The notes below the pieces were generated by a model. That model worked only from the letters and a program-made list of their open reading frames with translations. It was not told where the DNA came from and did not search any database. 64,000 bases of DNA from NCBI RefSeq assembly GCF_963921235.1, contig NC_086100.1, forward strand, positions 203,486,001-203,550,000, read 5' to 3'. Shown here piece by piece: positions 52,124 to 63,559 of the stretch (positions are counted from its first letter, which is position 1; each line of letters begins with the position of its first letter). The stretch comes from Mobula hypostoma. Taxonomy: Eukaryota. A program made the translations under genes and the position numbers.

Positions 52124-53057
52124 AACTGAAGGAAGAGTGAGTAAGGGATTTGAAAGCTGGAGGGGGAGGGGGAGATGCAAAATGATAGGAGAAGACAGGA
52201 GGGGGAGGGATGGAGCCGAGAGCTGGACAGGTGATAGGCAGAAGGGGATACGAGAGGATCATGGGACAGGAGGTCCGGGAAGAAAGACGGGGGGGGGTGA
52301 CCCAGAGGATGGGCAAGAGGTATATTCAGAGGGACAGAGGGAGAAAAAGGAGAGCGAGAGAAAGAATGTGTGCATTAAAAAGAGTAACAGATGGGGTACG
52401 AGGGGGAGGTGGGGCCTAGCGGAAGTTAGAGAAGTCAATGTTCATGCCATCAGGTTGGAGGCTACCCAGACGGAATATAAGGTGTTGTTCCTCCAACCTG
52501 AGTGTGGCTTCATCTTTACAGTAGAGGAGGCCGTGGATAGACATGTCAGAATGGGAATGGGATGTGGAATTAAAATGTGTGGCCACTGGGAGATCCTGCT
52601 TTCTGTGGCGGACAGAGCGTAGATGTTCAGCAAAGCGGTCTCCCAGTCTGCGTCGGGTCTCACCAATATATAAAAGGCCACATCGGGAGCACCGGACGCA
52701 GTATATTCCGTCTGGGTAGCCTCCAACCTGATGGCATGAACATTGACTTCTCTAACTTCCGCTAGGCCCCACCTCCCCCTCGTACCCCATCTGTTACTCT
52801 TTTTAATGCACACATTCTTTCTCTCGCTCTCCTTTTTCTCCCTCTGTCCCTCTGAATATACCTCTTGCCCATCCTCTGGGTCACCCCCCCCTGTCTTTCT
52901 TCCCGGACTTCCTGTCCCATGATCCTCTCGTATCCCCTTCTGCCTATCACCTGTCCAGCTCTCGGCTCCATCCCTCCCCCTCCTGTCTTCTCCTATCATT
53001 TTGCATCTCCCCCTCCCCCTCCAGCTTTCAAATCCCTTACTCACTCTTCCTTCAGTT

Positions 53058-53093
53058 AGTCCTGACGAAGGGTCTCGGCCTGAAACGTCGACT
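53058..53093 (+). ncRNA. Minimal type I hammerhead ribozyme
   Basis: Stem I AGTC/GACT, core CTGACGA, stem II AGG/CCT, GAAA, GTC cleavage triplet at 53087-53089. Confidence 0.8.
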
Positions 53094-53299
53094 GTACCTC
53101 TTCCTATAGATGCTGCTTGGCCTGCTGCGTTCACCAGCAACTTTGATGTATGTTACTTAAAAATACTTTTTGTGTCTTCTTTGATATTAGTCACTAGCTT
53201 CTGTTCATAATTCATATTTTCCTAATGATCATCTTTGTTTCCTTCTGCAAGTTTTTAAAAGCTTCCTAATCCTCTATCTTCCCACTAACTGTTCCTTCT

Positions 53300-53925
53300 T
53301 AGGGTAGTTAAGAAAGCTTATGGGGTGTTAGCTTTCATAAGTCGAGGGATAGATTTTAAGAGTCGCGATGTAATGATGCAGCTCTATAAAACTCTGGTTA
53401 CGCCACACTTGGAGTACTGTATCCAGTTCTGGTCGCCTCACTATAGGAAGGATGTGGAAGCATTGGAAAGGGTACAGAGGAGATTTACCAGGATGCTGCC
53501 TGGTTTAGAGTATGCATTATGATCAGAGATTAAGGGAGCTAGGGCTTTACTCTGGAGAGAAAGAGGATGAGAGGAGACATGATAGAGGTATACAAGATAA
53601 TAAGAGGAATAGATAGAGTGTATAGCCAGCACCTCTTCCCCAGGGCACCACTGCTCAATACAAGAGGACATGGCTTTAAGGTCAGGGGTGGGAAGTTCAA
53701 GGGGGATATTAGAGGAAGGTTTTTTACTCAGAGAGTGGTTGGTGAGTGGAATGCACTGCCTGAGTCAGTGGTGGAGGCAGATACACTAGTGAAGTTTAAG
53801 AGACTACTAGACAGGTATATGGAGGAATTTATGTTGTGGTTATATGGAAGGCAGGGTTTGAGGGTCGGCACAACATTGTGGGCTGAAGGGCCTGTACTGT
53901 GCTGTACTATTCTATGTTCTATGTT
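53300..53925 (+). mobile_element. CR1 3' fragment (same subfamily as 14385-14906)
   Basis: PHLEYCIQFWSPHYRKD..FFTQRVV; (CTATGTT)n tail. Confidence 0.88.
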
Positions 53926-54812
53926 CCTCGTCTTTTGCTTTTTCTTTGACTCTGACTTTACTTGTAAGCCATGGTAGTGTCCTTCTTGTTAAGAATTTAT
54001 CTGTCTTGCACTTCCCTCATTTATTGCAGAAACTCCAGCCATTGCTGCTCTGCTGTTCTTCCTGCAAGAGTCCCTTTCCAGTCAACTTGACCTGGTTCCC
54101 TCTGCCATTGTAATTTCCTTTATTCTACTGAAATAACAAACGTTGGAGTTTAGTTTCTCCTTCTCAAATTTCAAAGTGAACTCAATCATATTTTGATCAC
54201 TGTCCCCAAGCGTTCCTTAACCATAAGCTCTGTTATCACCCCCGGATCACTGCACAACATCCAATCCAGCACAGCCAATCCCCCAGTGGGCTCAACAACA
54301 AACGGTTCTAAAAAGTGAACCTTCACACATTTTGCAGTTGCTCTCTCTTGAGGTCCAATACTGACCTGGTTTTCCCAATCCACTTTCACGTTAAAATCCC
54401 CAACGATTATCATGACTTTACCCTTCCGACGTGCCTCTTCTATCTGCTCCTGTAATTTTCAATCCACATCCCGACTGCTGTTTGGAGGCCTGTATACAAC
54501 TGCCATTAAAGTCCATTTACCCTTGCCATTTCTTACCTCCAACCATAGAGACTCTACACCTTCCGATCCTATATCATCGCTTCCTAATGATTTAATATTA
54601 TTTCTTATACACAAGGCCACACCACCCCCTCTGCCTACGAACCTATCTTTCCAATATACTATATCCTTAGATGTTCAGCTCCCAGTGGCAGCCATCCTTT
54701 AGCCAAGTTTCAGAGGTGGCCACAACAGGTGCCAATCTGTAGCTGAATTTCAAGATCATCCATTTTATTTCTTACGCTGCGTGCATTCAAATATCACCCT
54801 TTCAGTCTAGTA

Positions 54813-55130
54813 TTGAATGAACTTCAGCGACTAAACACTGGGGACAAACTGTGCAACAACTGCTCAGACTGCGGGAAGGAATTCACTCAGTGATCTCAAC
54901 TGAATGAACATCACCGAGTTCACACTGGGTAGAAGCCGTTCATCTGTTCCAACTGGGAATGAATTCACACTTTAATATCGCCTGCCTACACACCAGACTG
55001 TTGTCAGCAGTGAGAGGAGATTGACCTGCTCAGACTGCTAAAGCATTCACACACTTATCCATGCTGCACAGACAGTGATCTGTTCACGCTGTGGTGAGGG
55101 TGGTCACTAACTCTGAATGTAGGCTGGGTG
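54813..55130 (+). pseudogene. Decayed C2H2 finger repeats continuing from 40238-40372
   Basis: TGCTCAGACTGCGGGAAGGAATTCACTCAG and GAGTTCACACTGGG finger/linker DNA with stops. Confidence 0.75.
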
Positions 55131-55479
55131 TCAATCAGTCATTCATCCTTGTGTCACCCTACTGAGCTTTGACCCATCGTTAATCGGAGTGATCAGAAGC
55201 TTGAGAAGACGAAATTCACTCAGGTTCACCAATCGAGTATTAAAAGTAGTGGTTCAGGGCAGGTTATTTTTGAGCTTTCACCAGTGGCCAATCAACAGTC
55301 AGGATTGATTATCAAGAAGATCTTGGGCAGGAGCAAGTGGAGCGGTCATTGTTGGAGTGGGCAGAGTCAGAGCAGAGCCGTTGAGGCTTTACCTCTTTGA
55401 GGTTTCAGCAAGGAGAGCCTTCAATCAGAGAAGGCAAAATTATGCTGGAGATAAAAAAAAATGCCCACTTCCTCACATT

Positions 55480-56300
55480 TGCTCAGCAATAACAGTCGAG
55501 ATGCCAGGCAGGATAGTGGAAAGCTCCTCTTACGGGATGTGATAAGTCAGAGGACCCTCCTGTGTCCTTGATAACTGCATCTGTGAGAAGGGCATCCAGC
55601 TTCAGCTCCAAATAATCCACATTAACGAGATGGAGCTGGAACTGCATGAACTCCAGATCATTTGGGAGGCTGCAGGGGTGATCGGTAGGACATATAGAGA
55701 GGCAGTTGCAACCAAGGTGCACGGCACAGGAAACTGGATGACAGTCGGGAAGGGGAAAGGGGGAAACTGCGAGTGCAGTGTACCCCTGTGTCCATCCCCC
55801 TGAACAACACATATATCACTTCAGGTACTGTTGGGGACGGTGGGATGACCTAGCAAAGGAAAGTCACAGCAGTAAGGTCTCTGGCGCTGAGTCTGGCTCT
55901 GAGACTGAGAAGGGAAGGGTAGGAAGAGGAGAGCTGTGGTCGTAAGTGATTCGTTAGTTAAGGGAACGGAATGGATTTTCTGTGGGTGGGAATGAGATTC
56001 CAGGATGGTATGTTGTATCCCGTGTGCTGGGGTTTGGGACATTTCGGGTCGAGTGCACGGCATTCCTCGGGAGGGTGAACAGTGAAGGTCGTGGTTCATG
56101 TGGGTACCAATGATATGGGCTGGTAGAGTAACAAGGTTCTGCAAAGGGAGTTCAGGGTGTGAGGTACTAAGTTAAAGGGCAGCTCGTCTAGGGCTGTGAT
56201 CTCAGGACTGACATTTGTGCAACATGCCAGAAGCAGGAAGATTATACAGTTTACACGTGGCTAAGTAGTTGCTGCAGGAGGGAGGCCATAACATTTTCCG
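55480..56300 (+). mobile_element. Old degraded CR1 ORF1
   Basis: Residual AVVVSDS and VVVHV(G)TND-like sequence. Confidence 0.65.
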
Positions 56301-56315
56301 ATTATTTGAGCCGGA

Positions 56316-57062
56316 AGGATTGCTGTGTGCACGGGAGTGTGAGTTCAGGATTGCTGTGTACAGGAGTGTGAGTTCAGGATTGCTGTGTGCACGGGAGTGT
56401 GAGTTCAGGTTTGCTGTGTGCACGGGAGTGTGAGTTCAGGATTGCCGTGTACAAGAGTGTGAGTTCAGGATGGCTGTGTGCACGGGAGTGTGAGTTCAGG
56501 ATTGCTGTGTGCATGGGATGGTGAGTTCAGGATTGCCGTGTGCACGGGAGTGTGAGTTCAGGATGGCTGTGTGCACGGGAGTGTGAGTTCAGGATTGCTG
56601 TGTGCACGGGAGTGTGAGTTCAGGATTGCCGTGTGCACGGGAGTGTGAGTTCAGGATTGCTGTGTGCACGGGAGTGTGAGTTCAGGATGGCTGTGTTCAC
56701 GGGAGTGTGAGTTCAGGATTGCTGTGTGCACGGGAGTGTGAGTTCAGGTTTGCTGTGTGCACGGGAGTGTGAGTTCAGGTTTGCTGTGTGCACAGGAGTG
56801 TGAGTTCAGGTTTGCTGTGTGCACGGGTGTGTGAGTTCAGGAGTGCTATTTATACACGGGAGTGGGAGTTCAGGATTGCTGTGTGCATGGGAGTGTGAGT
56901 TCAGGATTGCTGTGTGCATGGGAGTGTGAGTTCAAGATTGCTGTGTGTGCACGGGAGTGTGAGTTCAGGATTGCTGTTTGTACACGGGAGTGGGAGTTCA
57001 GGATTGCTGTGTGCATGGGAGTGTGAGTTCAGGATTGCTGTGTGTGCACGGGAGTGTGAGTG
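56316..57062. repeat. 31-bp minisatellite, about 24 copies
   Basis: Unit AGGATTGCTGTGTGCACGGGAGTGTGAGTTC with 29-33 bp variants; no unique spacers. Confidence 0.95.
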
Positions 57063-59154
57063 CACTGGGGAGAGGGCTCATCGTTGATGGAGGCTGAAGT
57101 GGGCAGGCAGGTCTCTCTCTCACACACACACACAAACACATGCAGTGGAGTGTGAGGGAGGGGAGGGAGAAGGGAAAAGCGGGATGAGGAGGATAGAGTT
57201 ATGGCTCCTTCACAAAGTCCCAGACTCACCCAACCCTCCCTGTCTGGAATTGGTCCCATTTCCTACCCAAGGCTGGGGGTGAGCACTGAGTTGTGTTGCT
57301 AACATTTTTATGAATTGTTCCATAACATCTGGTCAACACACTCATAATAAATTTATGTTGAACTTGATCATTGGAATGTATTGTTTGAGAAACATATACT
57401 GACGAGAAATGGTCTCAGTGTAGGTCCAAGAGTGGAAAATGAACCGGTGTTTAGCCCCGCTGCTCTGTGCCAGACAAGTACCCCTATCGGAGACTATCCC
57501 ATCTGTCTGTGCTTGACACGTCTCACTCTAAAGTTTCCTCTTTCTGTACTTGTCCCAGTGTATTTTATTTTTCTTCTCAACCCCATTCTCTCTCCTTCTC
57601 CCCATAAACTTCTGCTTTAAATAAACCCGATGAGTCGTCCATAACATTAAATTTCACAGGATCACCGCCTGTTTGCTAAAGACGTTCACCCTCTCGCCCT
57701 AAATGCATGCTCTCTGCTGTAAGATACCTTGACCCAGGGAGAATACTGATGCCAATTATTAACTCTTATCTATGTCGGTATTAAATTTGGAAAGTTTTAT
57801 CGGGTCACTCTGACCCTCCTCCACTGCCTGAGTTTGTCCGCGCTCTCCTCACACAGTAGCTCACACCTCCAATGTGGACAACATCCTGGAGAACCTCTTC
57901 TTCACCCTCTCCAGTGTCTCACTCTGATAGTGGGGAAAAGGGAAAACAGAGGCAAGGGAGAGGAGATGACCAAAGTTGATTGGATTGGGACAGTAGCAGG
58001 ATAACAGCATGGCAGCAATGGTTGGAGTTTCTGGGCCAACGCAAAAGACACGTGATAGATACATCCCGAAGACGAAGAGAGGATGAGGCAATTGTGGCTG
58101 ACGAGGGAAGTCAAAGACAGCATAAAAACAAAAGGGAGGACTGCCGAGGGGGTTGACCTGTGGGAAACACAGCGGCAGCCAGACAATAGCACTGGAATTG
58201 GCTGTGAGGCTAAGGGAAGGTAGAGTCAGGCAGAGCAAAGGTCAAAGGGACGGATAGGAAATTCTGTAACAGCAGAATAGAGGCGAGGAAAGAGTGTTGC
58301 CTCCCGGGTGCTAGGGTTCAGGATGTCTCTGAGCAGCTGGAGAATATTATTGAAGGGGCCGGTGAGCAGCCGGAGGTCCTGGTACATGATGGTATGGATG
58401 ACATATTGAAGTGAGGGGCAGTTTAGGGAGTTAAGAGGGAGGCTGAAGGGTAGGAACTCCAAGTTGATAATGTCCGGATTACTCCCTGTACCAGGAGCTG
58501 GGGAAGGTCAGATCAGGCAGACAGTTTAGCTGAATGAGTGGCTGAGGAGATGGTGTAGGGTCAGGGTTTCAAGCTCTTAGATCACTGGAACCTTTTTTGG
58601 GGAAGAATTGACGGGGGCAGGTTACATCTGAACTGGAGAGGAACCAGTATCCTGGGGGCGGGGTGGGAAGGTGTGGAAATGCTACTGGGGAGGTTTTAAA
58701 ATATATTTGCAGGGGCCTGGGAACCGAAGTGAGGAGGCAGAGGATAGGGTTTTGGTGCCCAAGTTGAGACAGCATGCAGTGAGTTTGTGTGGAAGTTTAG
58801 GGAGATGACAGAGCAAAAGATGCACTCGGCCTAATGGTTAGAGATGTGTCTATTTTAATCTAAGAAGTATCATTAACAAGGCCGATCAATACATGGAACT
58901 ATGACGTCGTGGTCATTACGGAGACCTGGGCGTCTCAGGCGCAGGTACAGCTGCTGAGAGTGCAGGGCTTTCGATGTTTCCAGAAGCACTTAGAGGGAGG
59001 CAACAGAGGAAGGAGCACGGCTTGCCAATCAGTGATAGTATCACGGCGACAGGAAAAGAGGAAGTCGTGGAGCAATTGTCCACTGAGTCAGTGTGGGTAG
59101 CAGTCAGAAACAGGCAGGGGGCAGTACTGGGTGTTCTGTAAATCTGTTTTGTAC

Positions 59155-62100
59155 TGGGAAGTTTGTAAATCTAGTCAGCTCCATCTTGGTACTAGCCTAC
59201 AAAGTATCCAGGATATCTTCAGGAAGCTGTGTCTCAGAAAGGCAGCGCCCATTATTAAACGCTGCAGAAATGTCGGCGTGAATGGACGTGTCTTGTTTCG
59301 GCTCTCTATTTTGAAGGATTGCTCCTTTTTAACTCTAATTTTAATTCATGATTTTATTTTGATTTTTAGTCATTTAGATGTTTTTTAATTAACTCTAGCA
59401 TTAGCTGAGTTGTGCATTTTTGCACTTTTAGCTGTATTTTTAATGGAATCTTTTGGACGTGATTCCGCATTTTTTGTGCCATTGGAGATATTTTTGCACT
59501 TTTAGCCGTATTTTTGATAGAAACTCTTGGACTTGATACCGTGCCCCGTGTATATTATCGTAGATTTATGGACTCAGCGTGTGCAGTGGAAAATTTGGAT
59601 ACTGCAATGAGAAACCGTGGATGTGGAGCATTTCTACTTCCTTTGCTTACCGGGATCGAAATTTTGTTTCTAGATAGAATTTTAAACTGCACATCACTGT
59701 CAGTGCCACATTTGCGTTTTGCCGAATATTGGACCATAACACTATTGCCTATAATCATTAACCCAGTGGATCGGGTGAGTTCGTTCCATTTTACTATTAA
59801 TGATAATTGCATTAATAAGATGAATATCACGCTTCTGACTTCTAGACCAAGGACTTATTCGCTTTTTATACTCATTCTCGCAAATGACATTAATTTAAAT
59901 CCAGGGCCGTATCAGCCAAAATTCCCTTGTATGGTTTGTAACAAAACTGATAAGGATGGGTGACCAGCAACTGAGTGTGAAACTTGTAATTTTTGGTTTC
60001 ATCGTGTATGCATTGAAATGAATGTACAGATTTATAAGATTTTAGTAGAGCATCCATCTTACTCCTGGACCTATTGGAACTGTGGTCTCGCCAACTTTGA
60101 TTCTTCCCTCTTGGCTGTTGATAATATTGAAACTTATAATCGATTCAATTTACTTGCATCTCAGTCCTCGGATCCCTCAGAGTCAGAGTCGGACTTAAAT
60201 GTCTCCCCAGATATTGGATCTCCTACCAAGTCATCCACACCACACTTTAAAATTAAAGGGAAGAGTCGTAGACCTACAACAACGTACAACCGGCTGAAGT
60301 TTAAGACTTTAAAAATTATAAACATGAATTGTCAGAGCTTGGGAGCAAGGAAAGCTAATTTTCAAGCCTTGACTGACGATGAAAACCCCGACATAACAGT
60401 TAGTACTGAGTCATGGCTCAACAATGACATTGTTTCGGGAGAAATCTTTCCCCCCTACTTCCAGGATTTAGGAAAGACAGGAAATCTAGCTCCCGTGGTG
60501 GAGTGTTTATTACAGCGAAAAATACTCAGATGGTCACTGAAGAAAATACCCTAGATTCAAATTGTGAAATAAAGCGGGTTAGTATTCATGTTAAATGTCA
60601 AAAACCGGTGTATGTTGGAGCATTCTATCGTCCTCCATCATCTGATGTTGATTATTTAAAGGAACTAGATTTGTCTCTTTCAAAAATCCCTCAATCAGCA
60701 TCTATTTAGCTTCTTGGAGATTTTAATTTGCCGAGTGTGGATTGGGACAGCCGTACTGTCCGCCAAGGGGGCAGCTGTGTAGCAGTCAGTAAACTAATGC
60801 TTGATATTGTAGCTGATTTTTATTTGACACAAATTGCTAGACGTCCAGCTAGAAAAAGTAACAGATCGACTTATGTTTTGTGTCAAATCCAGCTTTAGTT
60901 GTGAATCACCATGTCACTGCAGGGATTAGCGACAATGATGTTGTTGTTGTAAACGCAAAGCTCATTGTGAAATTAATTAACCCCCCCCCCCAAAAGGAAA
61001 ATATTTCTGTGTAGGAAAGCAGATTCTAGTGGAATTGCAAAACTTGTTAGTGATTTTGACCAGTCACTAGCTGAGGAATATTGAGCATCGATAAGTACTA
61101 ATACTCTTTGATCTAACTTCCAAGAGGTCCCTCAAGCAGCAGTTGACAAGTATGTCTCCTCTAAAATGAGCTCTTCCAGGTTCAAATTACCAGGGGTAAA
61201 CGAGTCCACCCGGCGTGCGATACACAGAAAGCAAAGACTCTATAATAAAGCTAGGAAATCCGGTCATAGTGAAGACTGGCAAAAGTTTAAATCCCTGCAC
61301 CGACTTATTGATAGAAACATCAGGAAAGCTCACCATCAGTATGTTAATGAGGTAATAGGAGAGAGCTTAAAGAGTGACAACACCAAACCCTTCTGGAGCT
61401 TTACTAATTCTACAAGGCAAGAAGATTTGGGAATTTCTTCTCTCTCATCCGGGGGCCGCGTTGTATCTCTCGCTGCAGACAAAGCACAAGCACTTAACCA
61501 GCAGTTTTGCTCTGTGTTTACAAGGGAAGTTTGAATGAACTCCCCACTTTAGACCCCCGCAATACCCCAGACTTGCGAGATCTCATTATAACTGTAACGG
61601 GTGTTAAGAAGCTTCTGGAGGAATTGCAGCCCAAGGAAGCACCGGGACCTGATCAAATACCAGCTACGATTCGAAAGAGTTGTGCTTCCAGTCTAGCTCC
61701 TGTTTTGCAAAAGATATTCCGGAAGTCTATTGATACTGGGACATTACCAGGCGATTGGTTGAAAGGGAATGTTGTTCCAATTTATAAGAAGGGCAAGCGT
61801 ACAAACCTGGGAAATTACAGACCGGTTTCACTCACTTCCATGCCTTGTAAAATTCTTGAACATATTATTCACCGTCACATCATGGACCATCCAGACAGAC
61901 ACGATGCTCTCACTCAGCAGCAACATGGATTCCGACAGGGCAGATCTTGTGACACTCAGCTGGCAGGGTTGATTAACGACTTAGCAAAGATCCTTGACAA
62001 TAGAAACCAAGCAGACTTGCTCATACTCGACTTCAGTAAGGCATTTGACACGGTCCCCAACCAGAGATTGGTACGTAAGCTTGAACATGTGGGCATTAAC

Positions 62101-63559
62101 AACAGCCTTCTACACTGGTTAAACACGTTCTTTACCAACAGACAGCGACGTGTGCCTCTTGAGAGGGCAGAGTCCCCTGAATCTCCAGTAACATCCGGAG
62201 TGCCCCAGGGAACCGTTTTGGGACCCTTATTTTTTCTCATTTACATCAACAACTTGCCAAATATGGGCAAGTCCAAAGCCGGACTTTTTGCAGATGACTG
62301 CATAATTTACTGTGAGATAAAAATGAACAAGATGCTCAGCTGCTGCAAAACGATATTGATTCATTATGTCAATGGGAGTCTCAATGGCAAATGTCCTTTA
62401 ACTCATCTAAATGTTATGCTATGCATGTCAGGCTCAAAGTTAAACCAATCAACACGACATATAACATGAATGGACAGATTCTTGAAACAGTCACCTACCA
62501 CCCATATCTTGGTGTTGAAATTATCAAGGATCTTAACTGGGCATCCCACATCAATCAGGTTACAGCCAAAGCAAATAAAATGCTGGGTATCCTGAGAAGA
62601 AAACTCCACTCATGTATTAAATGACATGGCATACAAGACACTCGTCTGTCCAAAACTTGAGTATTGCACTGCCATATTGGATCCCCATCAAGCTAACAAT
62701 AAGAAGTCCATCGGAAAAAATCCAACACCGTGCTGCCCGCTTTGTGTTAAACGATTACAGCAGGAAATCCAGTGTCACCAACATGCTCTCTAACCTTCAG
62801 TGGGAACCACTTGAAAACCGACCTATTAAACTACGGTTAATTTTCATTTTCAAAGAAGTTCACAACATCACTCCATCAAATAACCAAATTCGTCACAGAG
62901 TCAGTTCAATTCGACAGAAAACTGGACCTCACATATTGGAACCTCCTTCAATCAATAAGATTTGCTACCAGTACTCCCTCTACCCAAGGTCAACAAGGGA
63001 GGGAATCTTCTGCCGCCAGACCTGCGCAGTATTTCTGACATTAATATTTTTAAAGATAGAGTCAATCTAATTGATTTAGGGAATCTAGTCAAAAAAGCCT
63101 TGTTTTACAGTTTAACCCCCACACCGTTCACACCGACTGCGCGTTGTAACGGCCGTCCGGCAGCGCTTGCGCAGTACCGAGCAGAAAGACCTCCAGCACC
63201 CAGGGCATGCACCCTTCTCGTTGTTACCACCAGGGGCGAGGTACGGAAGCCTGAAGGCACACACTCAGCGATTCAGGAACAGCTTCTTCCCCTCTGCCAT
63301 CCGATTCCCAAATGGACGTCGAAGTTTTGGACACTACCTCATTTTTAATATACAGTATTTCTGTTTTTGCACATTTTTGTTTTGCTCAAATAATCTATTC
63401 AATATACGTAATTAATTCACTTGTTTATTTATTTATAATGTTTTAATTTCTTTTATTTATTATCTTCTTTTTCGCTCTCTGTATTGCATTGAACTGCTGC
63501 TGCTAAGTTGACAAGTTTCACTACATGCCGGTGATAACAAACCTGATTCCGATTGTGAT
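59155..63559 (+). mobile_element. Rex1/Babar 3' fragment (59155-59259 and 63185-63559)
   Basis: RKAAPIIK|DLQHPGHAPFSLLPPGARYGSLKAHTQRFRNSFFPSAIR is continuous across the inner insertion; (GATTCT)-like tail; TSD TCTGTTTT(G/A)TAC at 59143-59154 and 63560-63571. Confidence 0.85.
59260..63184 (+). mobile_element. Apparently full-length CR1-group (Daphne/L2-like) LINE: 2A-like motif, PHD, APE, RT in one degraded frame
   Basis: ILILANDINLNPGP; C-x2-C...CETC..WFH..C...W..WNC; NMNCQSL, TESWL, FYRPP, LGDFN; NYRPVSLTS, LDFSKAFD, GVPQGTVLGP, FADDC; RAARFV..Y.R.SSVT.ML..LQW. Confidence 0.85.

Larger units (their letters stand above)
51984..53154. mobile_element. Young Penelope-like element with 453-bp inverted terminal duplication
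   Basis: Arms 52027-52479 and 52702-53154; GIY-YIG C-terminus on the minus strand; TSD ACTTAAAAATACTT at 51970-51983 and 53155-53168. Confidence 0.92.
40372..54812 (-). mobile_element. CR1 LINE split into pieces (40372-42152, 51397-51440, 53155-53298, 53926-54812) by nested insertions
   Basis: The pieces are colinear with the CR1 at 27431-31322 and rejoin exactly at the TSDs. Confidence 0.85.

Noticed and set aside
52041..53140. Twin ORFs MLVNAAGQAASIG on opposite strands
   Set aside because: Antisense readings of the Penelope terminal repeat, duplicated by the inverted repeat.
14385..53925. Near-identical CR1 3' fragments in both arms as evidence of gene conversion
   Set aside because: Same strand, different lengths and different hosts; separate young insertions.
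56316..57062. 31-bp periodic array resembling CRISPR
   Set aside because: Head-to-tail units with no unique spacers, no cas genes, and a vertebrate context.
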